The notes beneath the pieces are model-generated. The model searched no databases and was not told where the DNA came from. It saw only the letters and a program-made list of their open reading frames with translations. The position numbers and the translations under genes were made by a program. From positions 45,260,001-45,324,000 of the forward strand of contig NC_043012.1 in the NCBI RefSeq assembly GCF_006345805.1: DNA of 64,000 nucleotides, in the 5' to 3' direction. The DNA is from Octopus sinensis (Eukaryota). The first letter of the stretch is position 1; every line of letters begins with the position of its first letter. This document shows, in pieces, positions 27,371-40,548 of the stretch.

Positions 27371-30300
27371 TCTAATATATGAATAGCAATCACTTATTTT
27401 ACAATGTAAATAAATATATATATTAGCAAACACTGAAAAAGAGAAACCAATTACGAATGTCCTTTTCTTAATACTCTCAGTATATTTATTCATTATACAT
27501 GAAACCAAGATGCTATTTATTTTGAGTATGGATATAGGCAGGTGGCACTGAAATAAAGGGAAACTACTCATCTAGAATTTTCCCTGTAAATATTTCTTGA
27601 ACTCGTAACTCATACATGTCAGTTAGCACATAAGGTATAGGGGATTTTTTCATGTCAGTGACAGGCTGAATTATGTTTTTCCTAGTTTGAATGGTGACAT
27701 CTCTTTCAGGCTTGTTCCATCGACGCATAACATTTCTAAACAATATAATCTAACAATAAATGAATCTGTCTTCCCGCTATGTACAACAATAAGTAATATC
27801 TATCCATGCTACCTTATTTATATTTTACCAGTTTTCACCTTAAGATTACAGCCATGCTAGGGACTACTTCAATGGGTTTTAATCGGTCACATCTCTCACA
27901 GGATTTATTTCAGTTTCGTACTATGTTTTAATGATCGATTAAGTAAACTTTTTAAAGTAAGATCAGAATTGTAATGTGTCAAACACAGACGCAGAAACAT
28001 TCATACGTTGGGCCTTTTCACAATTTCTGCTCACAAGGCATTGGTCAACTTGGTCAAGATCCCTCGAAGCGAACTTCCTAATCACAGGGCTATGTCAGAT
28101 CTTGTATACAGCTTGATAAAAATGATAATTGAAAGCTTGGTGTTTTTCTTAATGTGCCATGCATGATCGTTGACAGGAGACATCAACCTGATAAAACCAA
28201 AACTGTCTTCACTTAATCAACTACAGTTTTCTCATAAATTAGTCTGTGAAGAAAAGAAAGTTCATGATCGATGCTTAGACACATTTATTGAAGGTAATTG
28301 TAGAAACCACCATTATATATAGCAACAGCGTCTGCATTAGTCTACAGTGTATACTTGTTTTGACATTGTTACTAATTAGACAAAATGCAATGGACAGTAG
28401 TCATAGAAGTAAGTGTCAAAGAGTAATTACAAATTGGAAAGGTAACGAAGTCACAAGATAACGTGGTACTGTGATGCATATATGTACTACATATTCTTTA
28501 GAATGCTATTTACAAATGGCTGCTCGATTGCACTAATTTAAGTACAAACTTTACAAGACCAGTAGCAGCACTAGATAGTAATGGTAATATTGCTTGCCTT
28601 TCCAGCTAAAACTAGATGATCGTAGATTTAACTGTTTCAGTAATTTTGTTTAGAAATATTGGCAGCTGTATCTGAAAAAGCAATAATATAACTTAACTAG
28701 CAGAAGTAGATGTAGCGATTAAACCCGCCATTACAGCAGCCGCAGCTATCAGCAGCATCTGCTGCAGCAACCGCAGAAGCAGCAGGAATAACTGGAAAAT
28801 TATATTTATCTACAAAGATAATACTTTTCTATGCAAGCTACTCTCGAAGAAAGTGGATTCGTGGATTAGACATAACTAATCCTTTGTTGGCTAGCATATT
28901 TCGATGTTGTAATTAACGTGTTAGTGACTTCAAGGCAATAATAACATTCATGACAGATCCTTGTAATGGTTCTTCTGTTAAGGACACTAGTTGTTGTTGT
29001 TCAAATGTTGTGGTAGATATTTTCAATAGTCTGTACAGTTCGCATGATTTGGTTGAAGTGGAAATAATAGTGTCTGTTGTAGAAAATTAGCTTGTTCTCT
29101 TTATGAAGTTGCAGTCTGCTTTGAAAGATGATAAATAACATTAGGTCTTCGTTACTAACAAATCTGCATGTATTAGAGATAGTCTTTATTGGGGCTGGCA
29201 ATATTCAGGACATTGAAAGTGGTACATGTATCGATTGCTAAAAATGATACTTAAGACTTTTTCTTGCTTAGACTTTAACTCTGGATTTGTGGTTAGTTTG
29301 TTGTGTTTGTCTGAGATACAATAAACGAGGATAGAGATTATTTTCATAACGGTAGCTATGTCTGTGCAAGTGGTCGTACATAACATTACTCTTTTTTCTG
29401 TTGCGATAATGCTGGTTATATCTGTGGTGATCACTTCAAGTAGTAGTACTTGTAAATATTGTAATGCCGATTAATTTTCTATTGAAAGCGACCATTGTGT
29501 TGGAGATGTAATTGGTAGTAACATTCGTTGTATTACAGTAGTACAAATGACAACAGTTTTGTTGATGTTCATACTGGTAATCACTCATTCGACGTTGTTA
29601 ATATCTGTGATGGCTCATTTTCAGCAGATGGCATGGATAGTAAATTTAAAAGTAGGCGTTGTGTTTAATACTCTGAGAAGTCGTTTTGCTGGCTGTTGTT
29701 GGTTGTTATTCGGAGTTCTACATAATTAATGTCATCTTGTAAGATATGAATCTCACAACATTACCATTTATTTTCCTGTATTTGTACAAACTTGAACACG
29801 ACCAACGTTTTTTTTTGGCAGTGTTTTTATGTACAGCTTGCAATTTCTAGCGAGAAATAATGAATTAGTGTACAAGTAAAGATTCGGGTTTTACTATATA
29901 GTACTAATAAACTAATTATCAACTGAATGGTTTAAATTATTCGAACTGCAACTTTTTGCTATGACTGGTGAAGAATACAATTATCGAATTTTGTTTGCTA
30001 TGATAGGTTATACTCGATTAAACTCCCTGTAAGTATGTTACTTGTGTATAAAATATTGACTCCGATGGGACAAAAGAAATATAAAATAAATAAATAAATA
30101 GCGTACGCCGCTAACGGAATTGAAAGTAAGAGTGTGTGTACGGTGTTCCCTAACAACAGAAATAATATATTTTACCTGCTCGTATTAAATAGGATGTAGA
30201 AGTGTGGCTTCTCCGTGTATTAATGTTCTTAATGCAATTACACAGCAGTCTCGCACCAACATTCACAGTTGTACTGTATCTGTTTCCCTGTGTTGACAGC

Positions 30301-30994
30301 AGATGTTTTGCATCTCAATTTGCTGTATATCAATACACCTATTAAAATGTTTCCAGACAACTCTCACTGGTCAAGTGAGGAGACATGCGCACCAAAAACG
30401 TAGATATAACAAGATATAGAGTGTTCGTGGTGATATTCCAATTAACTAATGGTGTATGATATATTACACGAATAATATTTAATATCGCTGTTTTTGCTTG
30501 CTGGCTCACGCTATCTCACTTGTTACAACCAGTTTTATGGGATATAGATAAATAAAATGTTGAAGTTTTATAGCCTTGAGATATTGTGTTGGTGTTTCTG
30601 TAGTGTATCCAGCAGAGTGGTTTAATGTAATGTGGTGCCTCAGATTCTTCCATGGTGTCTGTGGATGTGTATATATTAAATGTTTTTTTTTTACTCTTTC
30701 ATTTACATCGTTTCTTTTCTTGGTACCTTATAGCGGTAGAAACCTTGCTAAATGTAGGTCGGCAGTTTACTAATGCGTAAGGTAAAAAAGAAAACAACAA
30801 TTACATGAATCCGCGAGATTCGGTTTCAAATACCAGTGAATTAAATAACTATCTTTTTAAAATGAAGCGTTCAGATGAAGAGACATTTTTTCACAACCAT
30901 AAGACCGCTAAGCGCTCCTCACGAACGCACGTTTGTAAGATGGTTGTGATATATAAACAGTTTTGAATTGGAACCCGAAAGTGAAATATGAACA

Positions 30995-31080
30995 CGCAGT
31001 GCGCATGTACACACTAAATTCATAAAACGGAAGAGAAGAAAAAACACAATGCGCATGTCAAATAAAACCGGAAGTGAAGA
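30995..31080. promoter_or_regulatory. Candidate housekeeping-type promoter (NRF1-like and ETS-like motif cluster)
   Basis: TGCGCATG at 31000-31007 and 31050-31057; CGGAAG at 31028-31033; CCGGAAGTG at 31068-31076; unique, comparatively CpG-rich context. Confidence 0.35.
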
Positions 31081-31399
31081 ATACAACAAGTTATACGATG
31101 GTTTGTCTGCTACATCTATCACCACTATTACGCAGCTTTGCTGTGGTTTTCTTGTTCTTCGTTGTAATAAAAGTAGTTTGTCCCATAAAATGCGTCAATA
31201 TATTTCCCTGAAAAATCTGTAAAGCGTATTGTGAACATTGGTGAAGTAAGCCAGTTAGATATTTATGTGCGTGTATCTATATATATATATATATATACTC
31301 GAGGGGATTTCGTAGTTTCGAACCGCCAAATTTCTCTCGCAATGCTTTGATTGACAATAGGTTACGCAGCTGTCTGTGACAGTAAATTTATTTCATAAA

Positions 31400-31433
<34 letters not shown>

Positions 31434-32053
31434 GAGCAAAACGCCCCCGTTCAATGGACGGTTCTGAGTTGTCAAGCATTTAACTTTTGTGATCTCTTAA
31501 ATATACTGCATTTTGTGGCATTATTTCAAGCCAGCCGGCATTTTTTTGCGCAAACCGCATGTGCATTTTTCTCGTGCACGCGTAGTATTGATCGCAACAA
31601 CTGATGTACTTACGCGAACAAATGCACGTTCCCACGGCTTTATCCATCGCATTCTCACCTGGAATCGATTTTTATAATTTTTCAACACTTGTACATGCCT
31701 TTATACCGTCGGTATCTATATATCAAATTTGGGCGCAGAAACATGTCTTGGGGTCCCAAGGTGTGGTGAGCCCACTTGGAATAAGTGACTCCCGGTCTTT
31801 TAAGGTGTCCCTCTAGGATAAGGTTAACTCGTATGTAAAACTCGCTGCTCTACAGAGCCGGATAACTTGTACTTTACCTATTTCTGGGTTCTTGGTATTG
31901 GTATTGGAATTTGATGTGGTGTTGCGTAAGACATACTCGACTTAAAACCCTTGTAAGAGCATTGCTGACACTACGTGTCAGCGATGGTCGGGGTCGTCTA
32001 GCGAGTAGATATCCATCATCATCATCATACACACTCAAACACACACGCACACG

Positions 32054-32090
<37 letters not shown>

Positions 32091-33499
32091 AAACACGCAG
32101 ACACACACACACATAGGTTATAAGATAATACTTTACTCCGTAAATTACTTCCACGTTGAAATAATTATCTGAATGATAATGAGGAAAACAAATTTCATGG
32201 TACTACTATTTTGGGGGAATTCAATAACAAATAAACATACTTACGCAGAAGATATATAAAATGATAAATTCGTTGTTTATAAGCTTAGGGTTCATGTTCA
32301 GTGCCTATATTTGGTTAGCTAATTTAATAGATAACTTCGGTTAGATAAACTAAACCCATTCTAATTCATGAAGTCAATTTACTAAGTGGCGAATTGAAAA
32401 ATTATCTGTCTCCGCTAGAGGAAGATTTGTAGCTCAAGCTTTCTATTCTAAAACTCCAGTTAATTAATAACTATAGGAGCTCCAGCCGGTCGTGTGACTC
32501 CTTAGAAAGAGTCATGTCCGCGGCCAATTGGAAATGGATATAAGCTTTTGGTAAATCGATTTGGTTATCCCACTTCAATTTAATGTTGCAATGTATATTT
32601 ACCTTTATACGTAACATTTTCAGACAAGTTATATTTTGAGAATCTTGCGTTTCTTCGACTTATAACGAATAGTGTGAAACGTGTCCCATCAATTCTTTGG
32701 ATTTAATCCAAAAGAACTGCATTTTTTTCTTATTTCAGCAATTGTATTTAGCTCTTGCAAGAAAATAAAAATGTATTTTAACGATATATTCCTCTTGCTA
32801 CATGCAGCAGTTAACTGTATTTTCTTGAAATATATATATATACAACCAAATAAGCTAACCACAGCCAGGTGTTATATACTTTGTCACCTCAGCTAGAAGC
32901 TAATGTAAAGAATGAAATAGAAATAAAGAAATCGTGTTTTTGCTTCTAATCATTACAAAATTAATAGTTGTATTTTCGTTTCTCTCTTTTTACAGCAGAA
33001 GTATTTTTGTTATTGTCGCTGTTAGTTTTTAGAACAACAATAACAAAAACAAAACGATAACAGCACACGAACCAAGCATGTGATCCAAGCTGTGTGTTGG
33101 AGTAAACAAGAAATTTTAAGTAAAATAACAGTCTAGAACAATTGAAAGAATGTCGTTTAATTAACCAATTATAAATTTAGATTCTGTGCGACTTATACTT
33201 TCACAGGAATGTCTAAAAATCGATAGAATGTTTCTCCTTTTATACTATACCCTTTTCAATACTGTTTTATTAATATTAGCCGACGCAGACTCACGCAAAC
33301 TCATTAATACACGGAAACAACAGCTAATCAGACAAGTAAAGAATAGTTATTATTGTTGTTGTTGTTGTTGTTCTTGCTGGTTATCATAGCTGAACATGTT
33401 TTTAGAGCTCTGAAAGTCTATATTGTTTTCGTTTCCAGAAGATTCTATTTTTTAATGTCATTCCTTTATCTTCTTGTTAAGTCAAGCGACACGAATGGT

Positions 33500-34330
33500 T
33501 GCCAGAAATTCCACAGTACTACTCTTCAGAGCATTAATGAGAAACGGGAAATATCAACGCTCTCGGGGAAACTCTGGGTGCCACCGAGAATCAATAGGCT
33601 GGTCTTTTCTGAAGGACTTTCAGATCCTACCTACCTAGGCACTTCATCCCTTTTCTATCACAGGCCTCCGACAGCTTTCCTCCACTCTTCTTAAATCGTG
33701 GCTATCTTAAGATCTGACTCCTAGATAGTGGTGTTGCACCTACCTACATCTATTTCTACACCTGGGAATGGGTATTCAATATTCATTTGACCTGCATAGT
33801 TTGACCCCGTCCATCATGGAAGGCCATACTCGGAGCATGCACTCCACTAGCATAGTTCTGGAGGTCACTGAGGCATAAATAACCACATCGCAAGAACGAT
33901 TAGGTCTTTTGCTGGAAGATCCTATGGGTAATTTCAAGCCTTTACTCGTCCGCTAACGCTGCTGGGGAGGGGATTAGTCCCTATTCGAGATAAACGCAAC
34001 AGGCACGGAAGTGCCGTCAACTGGGCTTGTCAAAACTGCAGGTAGACTGACGAATCTGGTTGGCATTCAATATTGTAGACTGAAAGGGCTGAAGACACGC
34101 TTTTGGCTTTCGAGGAAATGGAAAATGAGCCTGGAGAGAGTAATGCTGTCTCCCAGCAAATTCCTTGAAAGGTACATGAGTTGTCAGCGTGTTCTGAGAG
34201 AATAGGTCTGCTTTAAGCATGCGTTTGCTGACTTCCCACGAGTAGTTCCCAGTGGACCCACCTACTTTTGGCAAATCTCCTTGTTTAAAATTTCATTGTT
34301 CCTATGATAACTTTTCTTCAATTTTGCTTA
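33500..34330 (+). mobile_element. Decayed Tx1-type ORF2 3' fragment, related to 2795-3600
   Basis: LVPIRDKRNRHGSAVNWACQNCR*TDES aligns to ALPVQDKLYRHGSCL*ICPRCSKSDET; also RKWKMSLERVMLSPSKFLERY. Confidence 0.6.
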
Positions 34331-34407
34331 CCTGCTGTTTTTGTTATCTTGTTCTTTTAATGTTCTTGTTTTTGTGTGAGCCAATATAAGCATTAATTAT
34401 TGTTCTT

Positions 34408-34612
34408 GAGTGAAAGAGCAACGCACGTCATCAAAGTGACACTGAAGTACAAATATAGGAAGCCCAATATATTCTCCATGGCAACCCGTCTGATCAGGGT
34501 ACATCAAGCACATGCATCACAACCATATGTGCACCACATTTTTTTTCACGTCAAGTAGCCCATCACACTCAAAAGGTCATTGAACGAGGGTAGTTTAAGA
34601 ATGATGAACGAA
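34408..34612. mobile_element. Partial, internally deleted copy of the 550-bp TAA-associated family
   Basis: gagtgaaagagcaacgcacgtcatcaaagtgacactg...gcacatgcatcacaaccatatgtgc matches the copies at 35369 and 39893. Confidence 0.8.
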
Positions 34613-34729
34613 GCACATATATGCATGTATATGTACATATATATACAGGTATGTACATATATGTATGTATATATGCATATATTTATATATTATTTATATT
34701 ACTATATATATATATGTAGTATGTGTGTG

Positions 34730-34932
34730 TGTTTGTCCCACCACCACCATTGCTTCACACCGATGTTGGTACGTTTGCGTCTCTGTAATTTAGCTGTTCA
34801 GCAGAAGAGACTGACAGAATAGGCACCAGGTTTACAGGGAATAATTCCAAGGGTCAATTTCTTCGACTAAATGTCGGTGCTCTAGCATGGCCACCGTCAA
34901 ATGACTCAAACAAGTGAAAGAATAAAAGAATA
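34730..34932 (+). mobile_element. SINE family A 3' half
   Basis: Diverged match to the 14750-14936 tail. Confidence 0.75.
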
Positions 34933-35368
34933 CCAGAAAAAACGCTCTGCACCACTAAACCAAGAAGGTTCTTTGAATATGTATGATGTATTTTAAGGTT
35001 AAATATTAATTCTGTTTACGTTTGTGAAAATGAGATATTTTGGTTGGATTATAGTCATTGGTGTTACATTATGTACTACATTCTGTAACTCTTACAATAT
35101 ACTTTTCTTGGCCTGATTTTTTTGTGGGGAGAAGGCCAGTTGATTAGATCGAGCCCAGTACGCAAGTGATACTTAATTTATCGAGCCCCAAGGGGCGAAA
35201 GGCCCAAGTCGGCCTCGGCAGAATTTGAATTCAGACCTTAAAGACAGACGGTCCTAATATACAAACTTTTCTCATGGCACCAGTACACTGTTTTCAGATG
35301 TTTACATTTTTCTTAATGTTTCCGTGAATTTTTCACGGCTCAAGCTAGTTATTATTATTATTGTTATT

Positions 35369-35930
35369 GAGTGAGAGAGCAGTGCATGTCATCAAAGTGA
35401 CACTGGGGTAAAATATATATGAAGCCCAGTATACCCATCATGACTACCCGTCTGATAAGGGTACTCTAGGCACATGCATCACAACCATATGTGCGCGACA
35501 TGGTGATCTCATATCAACATAAACAGCACATGACCTTGCAGGTGGGGCCCAGTTAGAATTTTCTTCTGGTCGAATAACCCATCCCGCTCAAAAGGTCCCT
35601 GAATAACAGTTGTTTAAGGATGTTGAACGAAACACCCATGTTTCCAGAGGTAAATTATCCAAACCCCCAAAGAATCTCTCTCAACACATGGCTATGATGT
35701 TCCCCCCGCTACCTCTGCTCGTGATCAGAGATGCACATATCGTCAGCCACTAAGGGACATGCTCAACTGGTTAAGGTCAAACAGCTGACAAGCAAATCTG
35801 TGGTGTTGAGCAGAATATTTGCTGTAACCCATCTTTTATACCAAGACAAAACAATGTACATGATAACGCTTCCAATCAGTTAAGATCAGAAACCATCAGA
35901 GCCACTTCCTGGTACTGCATTAGGGCATTT
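35369..35930. mobile_element. 550-bp non-coding interspersed element flanked by (TAT)n on both sides
   Basis: Closely similar full-length copy at 39893-40449; no ORF, TIR or tRNA head recognised. Confidence 0.85.
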
Positions 35931-35944
35931 TATTATTATTTTTA

Positions 35945-35998
<54 letters not shown>

Positions 35999-36030
35999 TA
36001 TTTTTATTTTTATTATTATTATTATTTTTA

Positions 36031-36068
<38 letters not shown>

Positions 36069-36069
<1 letters not shown>

Positions 36070-36976
36070 TATGTTTGACTTTTGCTTTATATTTGTACAA
36101 GTTGGCTCCAAGTCTCACCCAGAGACCTCAAGAGACAACAGGGTTGGAAGTTCATGTTGTTGTTATGCCTAGTGTGCCATATATTTGGGGGGTGGGGATG
36201 TTGTACTAATGAATGTCTAAAAAAAAAAAAAGGTTTTTTTTTTTGTTTTTTTTTTTAAACCGAAAATTATGGTTGTTTTAAACCTTGAGGTTACATAGAG
36301 AGTATTTTGCGTAGGATATGAGCAGTTCCCATGAGCACTATCTTTTGAACTTCTGCCATTTTTGGGTTTCCTGGTATCTGAGTTAGGTAGCTATCAGCCC
36401 CTTTTGCTATCATTCCCAGGGCACCTATGACAACAGGTATTGTTTTAGTCTTCAGCTTCCACATTTTGCTGATTTCTATTTCAAGATCTTTATATTTGCT
36501 CAGTTTTTGGTAGGTCCTGACAGATACGTTTATATCGATTGGGACAGTCATATCAATGAGGAGGCATGTTCTTTGTTTGAAGTCTTTCAATATGATGTCT
36601 GGCCTATTTGCATCTATCTTCCTGTCAGTTTGAATGGTGAAGTTCCAGAGGAGTGAGATGTGGTCATTTTCAAGCACTGGGGGTGGTTTGTGTTCCCACC
36701 AGTTTTTTTCATGGGGCAAATCCAGGTTTTTACAGATTACCCAGTGAATATATTGTGCAGCTCTATCGTGCCTGTTGAGATACTCTGTAGGCGCTAGAAG
36801 ACTGCACTTGGAGACCACATGGTCAATGGTTTCATTTTGTTGCTTGCATACACGACACGTTGGACTGCTTCTGATCTTTAATATGTTGGCCTGGTAGTTT
36901 CTTGTTGGTAGGCATTGATCTTGAGCTGCTATGATAAACCCCTCTGTTTCAGATTTTAAGCCAGAGGCCATTAGCC

Positions 36977-36977
<1 letters not shown>
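36069..36977 (-). mobile_element. R4/Dong-clade non-LTR element 3' fragment, copy 1 (zinc knuckle and RLE), inserted in (TAA)n
   Basis: WLMASGLKSETEG, CRVCKQQNETIDHVVSKC, RHD, RPDII...LIDM..P...KLSKYKDL, IPVVIGALG; ORF ends at 36291; TAA repeats on both flanks. Confidence 0.9.
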
Positions 36978-37054
<77 letters not shown>

Positions 37055-37062
37055 TATTATTA

Positions 37063-37129
<67 letters not shown>

Positions 37130-37157
37130 TTTATTTTTATTATTATTATTATTTTTA

Positions 37158-37192
<35 letters not shown>

Positions 37193-37193
<1 letters not shown>

Positions 37194-38098
37194 TATGTTT
37201 GACTTTTGCTTTATATTTGTACAAGTTGGCTCCAAGTCTCACCCAGAGACCTCAAGAGACAACAGGGTTGGAAGTTCATGTTGTTGTTATGCCTAGTGTG
37301 CCATATATTTGGGGGGTGGGGATGTTGTACTAATGAATGTCTAAAAAAAAAAAAAAGTTTTTTTTTTTTTTTTTTTTTTAAACCGAAAATTATGGTTGTT
37401 TTAAACCTTGAGGTTACATAGAGAGTATTTTGCGTAGGATATGAGCAGTTCCCATGAGCACTATCTTTTGAACTTCTGCCATTTTTGGGTTTCCTGGTAT
37501 CTGAGTTAGGTAGCTATCAGCCCCTTTTGCTATCATTCCCAGGGCACCTATGACAACAGGTATTGTTTTAGTCTTCAGCTTCCACATTTTGCTGATTTCT
37601 ATTTCAAGATCTTTATATTTGCTCAGTTTTTGGTAGGTCCTGACAGATACGTTTATATCGATTGGGACAGTCATATCAATGAGGAGGCATGTTCTTTGTT
37701 TGAAGTCTTTCAATATGATGTCTGGCCTATTTGCATCTATCTTCCTGTCAGTTTGAATGGTGAAGTTCCAGAGGAGTGAGATGTGGTCATTTTCAAGCAC
37801 TGGGGGTGGTTTGTGTTCCCACCAGTTTTTTTCATGGGGCAAATCCAGGTTTTTACAGATTACCCAGTGAATATATTGTGCAGCTCTATCGTGCCTGTTG
37901 AGATACTCTGTAGGCGCTAGAAGACTGCACTTGGAGACCACATGGTCAATGGTTTCATTTTGTTGCTTGCATACACGACACGTTGGACTGCTTCTGATCT
38001 TTAATATGTTGGCCTGGTAGTTTCTTGTTGGTAGGCATTGATCTTGAGCTGCTATGATAAACCCCTCTGTTTCAGATTTTAAGCCAGAGGCCATTAGC

Positions 38099-38100
<2 letters not shown>
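37193..38100 (-). mobile_element. R4/Dong-clade 3' fragment, copy 2 (tandem duplicate of copy 1)
   Basis: Identical 226-aa translation and same truncation point; offset 1123-1124 bp. Confidence 0.9.
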
Positions 38101-38148
<48 letters not shown>

Positions 38149-38178
38149 TATTATCATTATTATCATTATTATTATTAT

Positions 38179-38220
<42 letters not shown>

Positions 38221-38265
38221 TATTATTATATTATCATTATTATCATTATTATTATATTATTATTA

Positions 38266-38324
<59 letters not shown>

Positions 38325-38429
38325 TATTATCATCATTATTATTATATTATATTATTATTATTATTAATTATTATTATTATTATCATTATTATTATTATTA
38401 TTATTATCATTATTATATTATTATTATTA

Positions 38430-38464
<35 letters not shown>

Positions 38465-38489
38465 TATTATCATCATTATTATTATATTA

Positions 38490-38526
<37 letters not shown>

Positions 38527-38586
38527 TATTATCATTATTATTTATTATCATTATTATTATTATTATTATCATTATTATTATTATTA

Positions 38587-38660
<74 letters not shown>
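38101..38660. repeat. 560-bp degenerate (TAT/CAT)n microsatellite
   Basis: Directly visible. Confidence 0.95.
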
Positions 38661-38661
<1 letters not shown>

Positions 38662-39083
38662 CTCGGTACTTTGAAGAGCTGAACAATTTCTGGTGATGTT
38701 TTTTTAAGAAATTAAATTTGATTGTAAGATGTTTACTTCAGAAATGGTTTGATATAATATTAACATCAACAATTTGGGTAGGATCGGAAAAATAAGCGAG
38801 CGAGTGACAGCAATCGCAATTAGCAGTAACATGCTATCACTGCTGCAGGAAGAACTAAATCCGTCTTACCTCTGCCAAAAACCAATATTACGACTTGTGG
38901 CATCAGCATCAACTCTGATTAGGCTGGTGAAAAATACAGACATCAACACCAGCCGTGGCACTGGTTACACTACTTATAATAAGGTGAAATCTTCTATCAC
39001 AGATGCATTCACCTCGAGCTCAAATAAAAGCAGCACCACAAATGCTAGTACTAGCCCAAATAGGGCTGCTGCAGCCGCCAAGT

Positions 39084-39084
<1 letters not shown>

Positions 39085-39116
<32 letters not shown>

Positions 39117-39280
39117 GTAGTAGTACCCCACCACTACTCTACTACTACTACTGCTACTGCTACTGCTGCTGCTGCTGATGATGATATTGATGACGATGAC
39201 GATGATGATGATGATCATGATGATGATCATCATCATCATGATCATGATCATGACGACGACGACGACGACGACGATGATAA
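39085..39280. repeat. Compound (ACT)(GCT)(GAT/CAT/GAC) trinucleotide tract
   Basis: Directly visible. Confidence 0.9.
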
Positions 39281-39809
39281 TGCTTATGTTGATGCGCTGT
39301 CATATACACCATTGTAATCAACAACACAGTTAGTATTAATAATACTGAGCACTAGAAGTCTTAAGGGTAGATTGTAAAACGTGATTGAGATGTGAAAGCT
39401 CTTGGATATAGATAACTGAAGGGCTATTATAGTAATTCCCATCCTTCGCCGATATCACCCGAGCAATGAACATGCGAAACGTTATAAACTAGTAGTTAGC
39501 ATAGAAGTGACGACAAGTGGAGACACAGATATAGAGATCTGTAGAGATGTATCTGATGGGGGACCAGACAGCACGTAAATTTCCTGTCTGGCACCAGACG
39601 GTGCGAAAATGTGGGAGAGAGACACTGAAGTGAATTGAAGAACCCCACCCGGTCAACTTCTTCTGTCAACGTTTCGGGGCGTACAGAATAAGTACCAGTT
39701 GAACACTCGGGTCGATGTAATCAACTTGACAATCCCCTTACAATTGCTAGCCTTGTGCCATGATTAGAAAGAATTATTATAACTGCTGATGCTGTTGTTG
39801 TTGCTGTTA

Positions 39810-39892
<83 letters not shown>

Positions 39893-40449
39893 GAATGAGA
39901 GAACAGTGCATGCCATCAAAGTGACACTGGGGTAAAGTATACGAAGCCCAGTATACCCATCATGACTACCCGTCTGATAAGGGTACACCAGGCACATGCA
40001 TCACAACCATATGTGCGCGACATAATGATCTTGTATCAAGATAAACAGCGCATGACCTTGCAGGTGGGGCCCAGTTAGAATTTTCTTCTGGTCGCGTAGC
40101 CCATCCCGCTCAAAAGGTCCCTGAATAAGAGTTGTTTAAGGATGTTGAACGAAACACCCATGTTTCCAGAGGTGAATTATTCAAATCTCAAAGAATCCTT
40201 CTCAACACATGGCTGTGATGCTCCCCCGCTACCTCTGCTCATGATCAGAGATGCACATATCGTCAGTCATTAAGGGAGATGCTTAACTGGTTAAGGTCAA
40301 ACAACTGACAAGCAAATCTGTGGTATTGAGCAGAATATTTGCTGTAGCCCATCTTTTATACCAAGACAAAGCATGTACATGATAACACTTCCAGTCAGTT
40401 AAGATTAGAAGCCATGAGAGCCACTGTCTGGTACTGCATCAGGGTATTT
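39893..40449. mobile_element. 550-bp non-coding TAA-associated element, second full copy
   Basis: Matches 35369-35930; (TAT)n on both flanks. Confidence 0.85.
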
Positions 40450-40453
40450 ATTA

Positions 40454-40547
<94 letters not shown>

Positions 40548-40548
<1 letters not shown>

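Noticed and set aside
28690-29730. Short ORFs in a repeat-poor stretch as host exons
   Set aside because: Multiple stops in all frames, degenerate trinucleotide texture and no recognisable motif
30180-30420. Minus-strand exon ending at cag/gtaaaa with transit-peptide-like translation
   Set aside because: In-frame TGA upstream, no ATG or convincing acceptor
38774-39178. 134-aa ORF, or a minus-strand exon ending at a cagag/gtaag donor
   Set aside because: Low complexity, no homology recognised, and the minus-strand frames are blocked by stops
40260-40266. CUGACGA on the minus strand of the 550-bp TAA family as a hammerhead; HDV-like fold also tried
   Set aside because: No properly placed GAAA, stem III or stem I, and no consistent P1-P4 arrangement found
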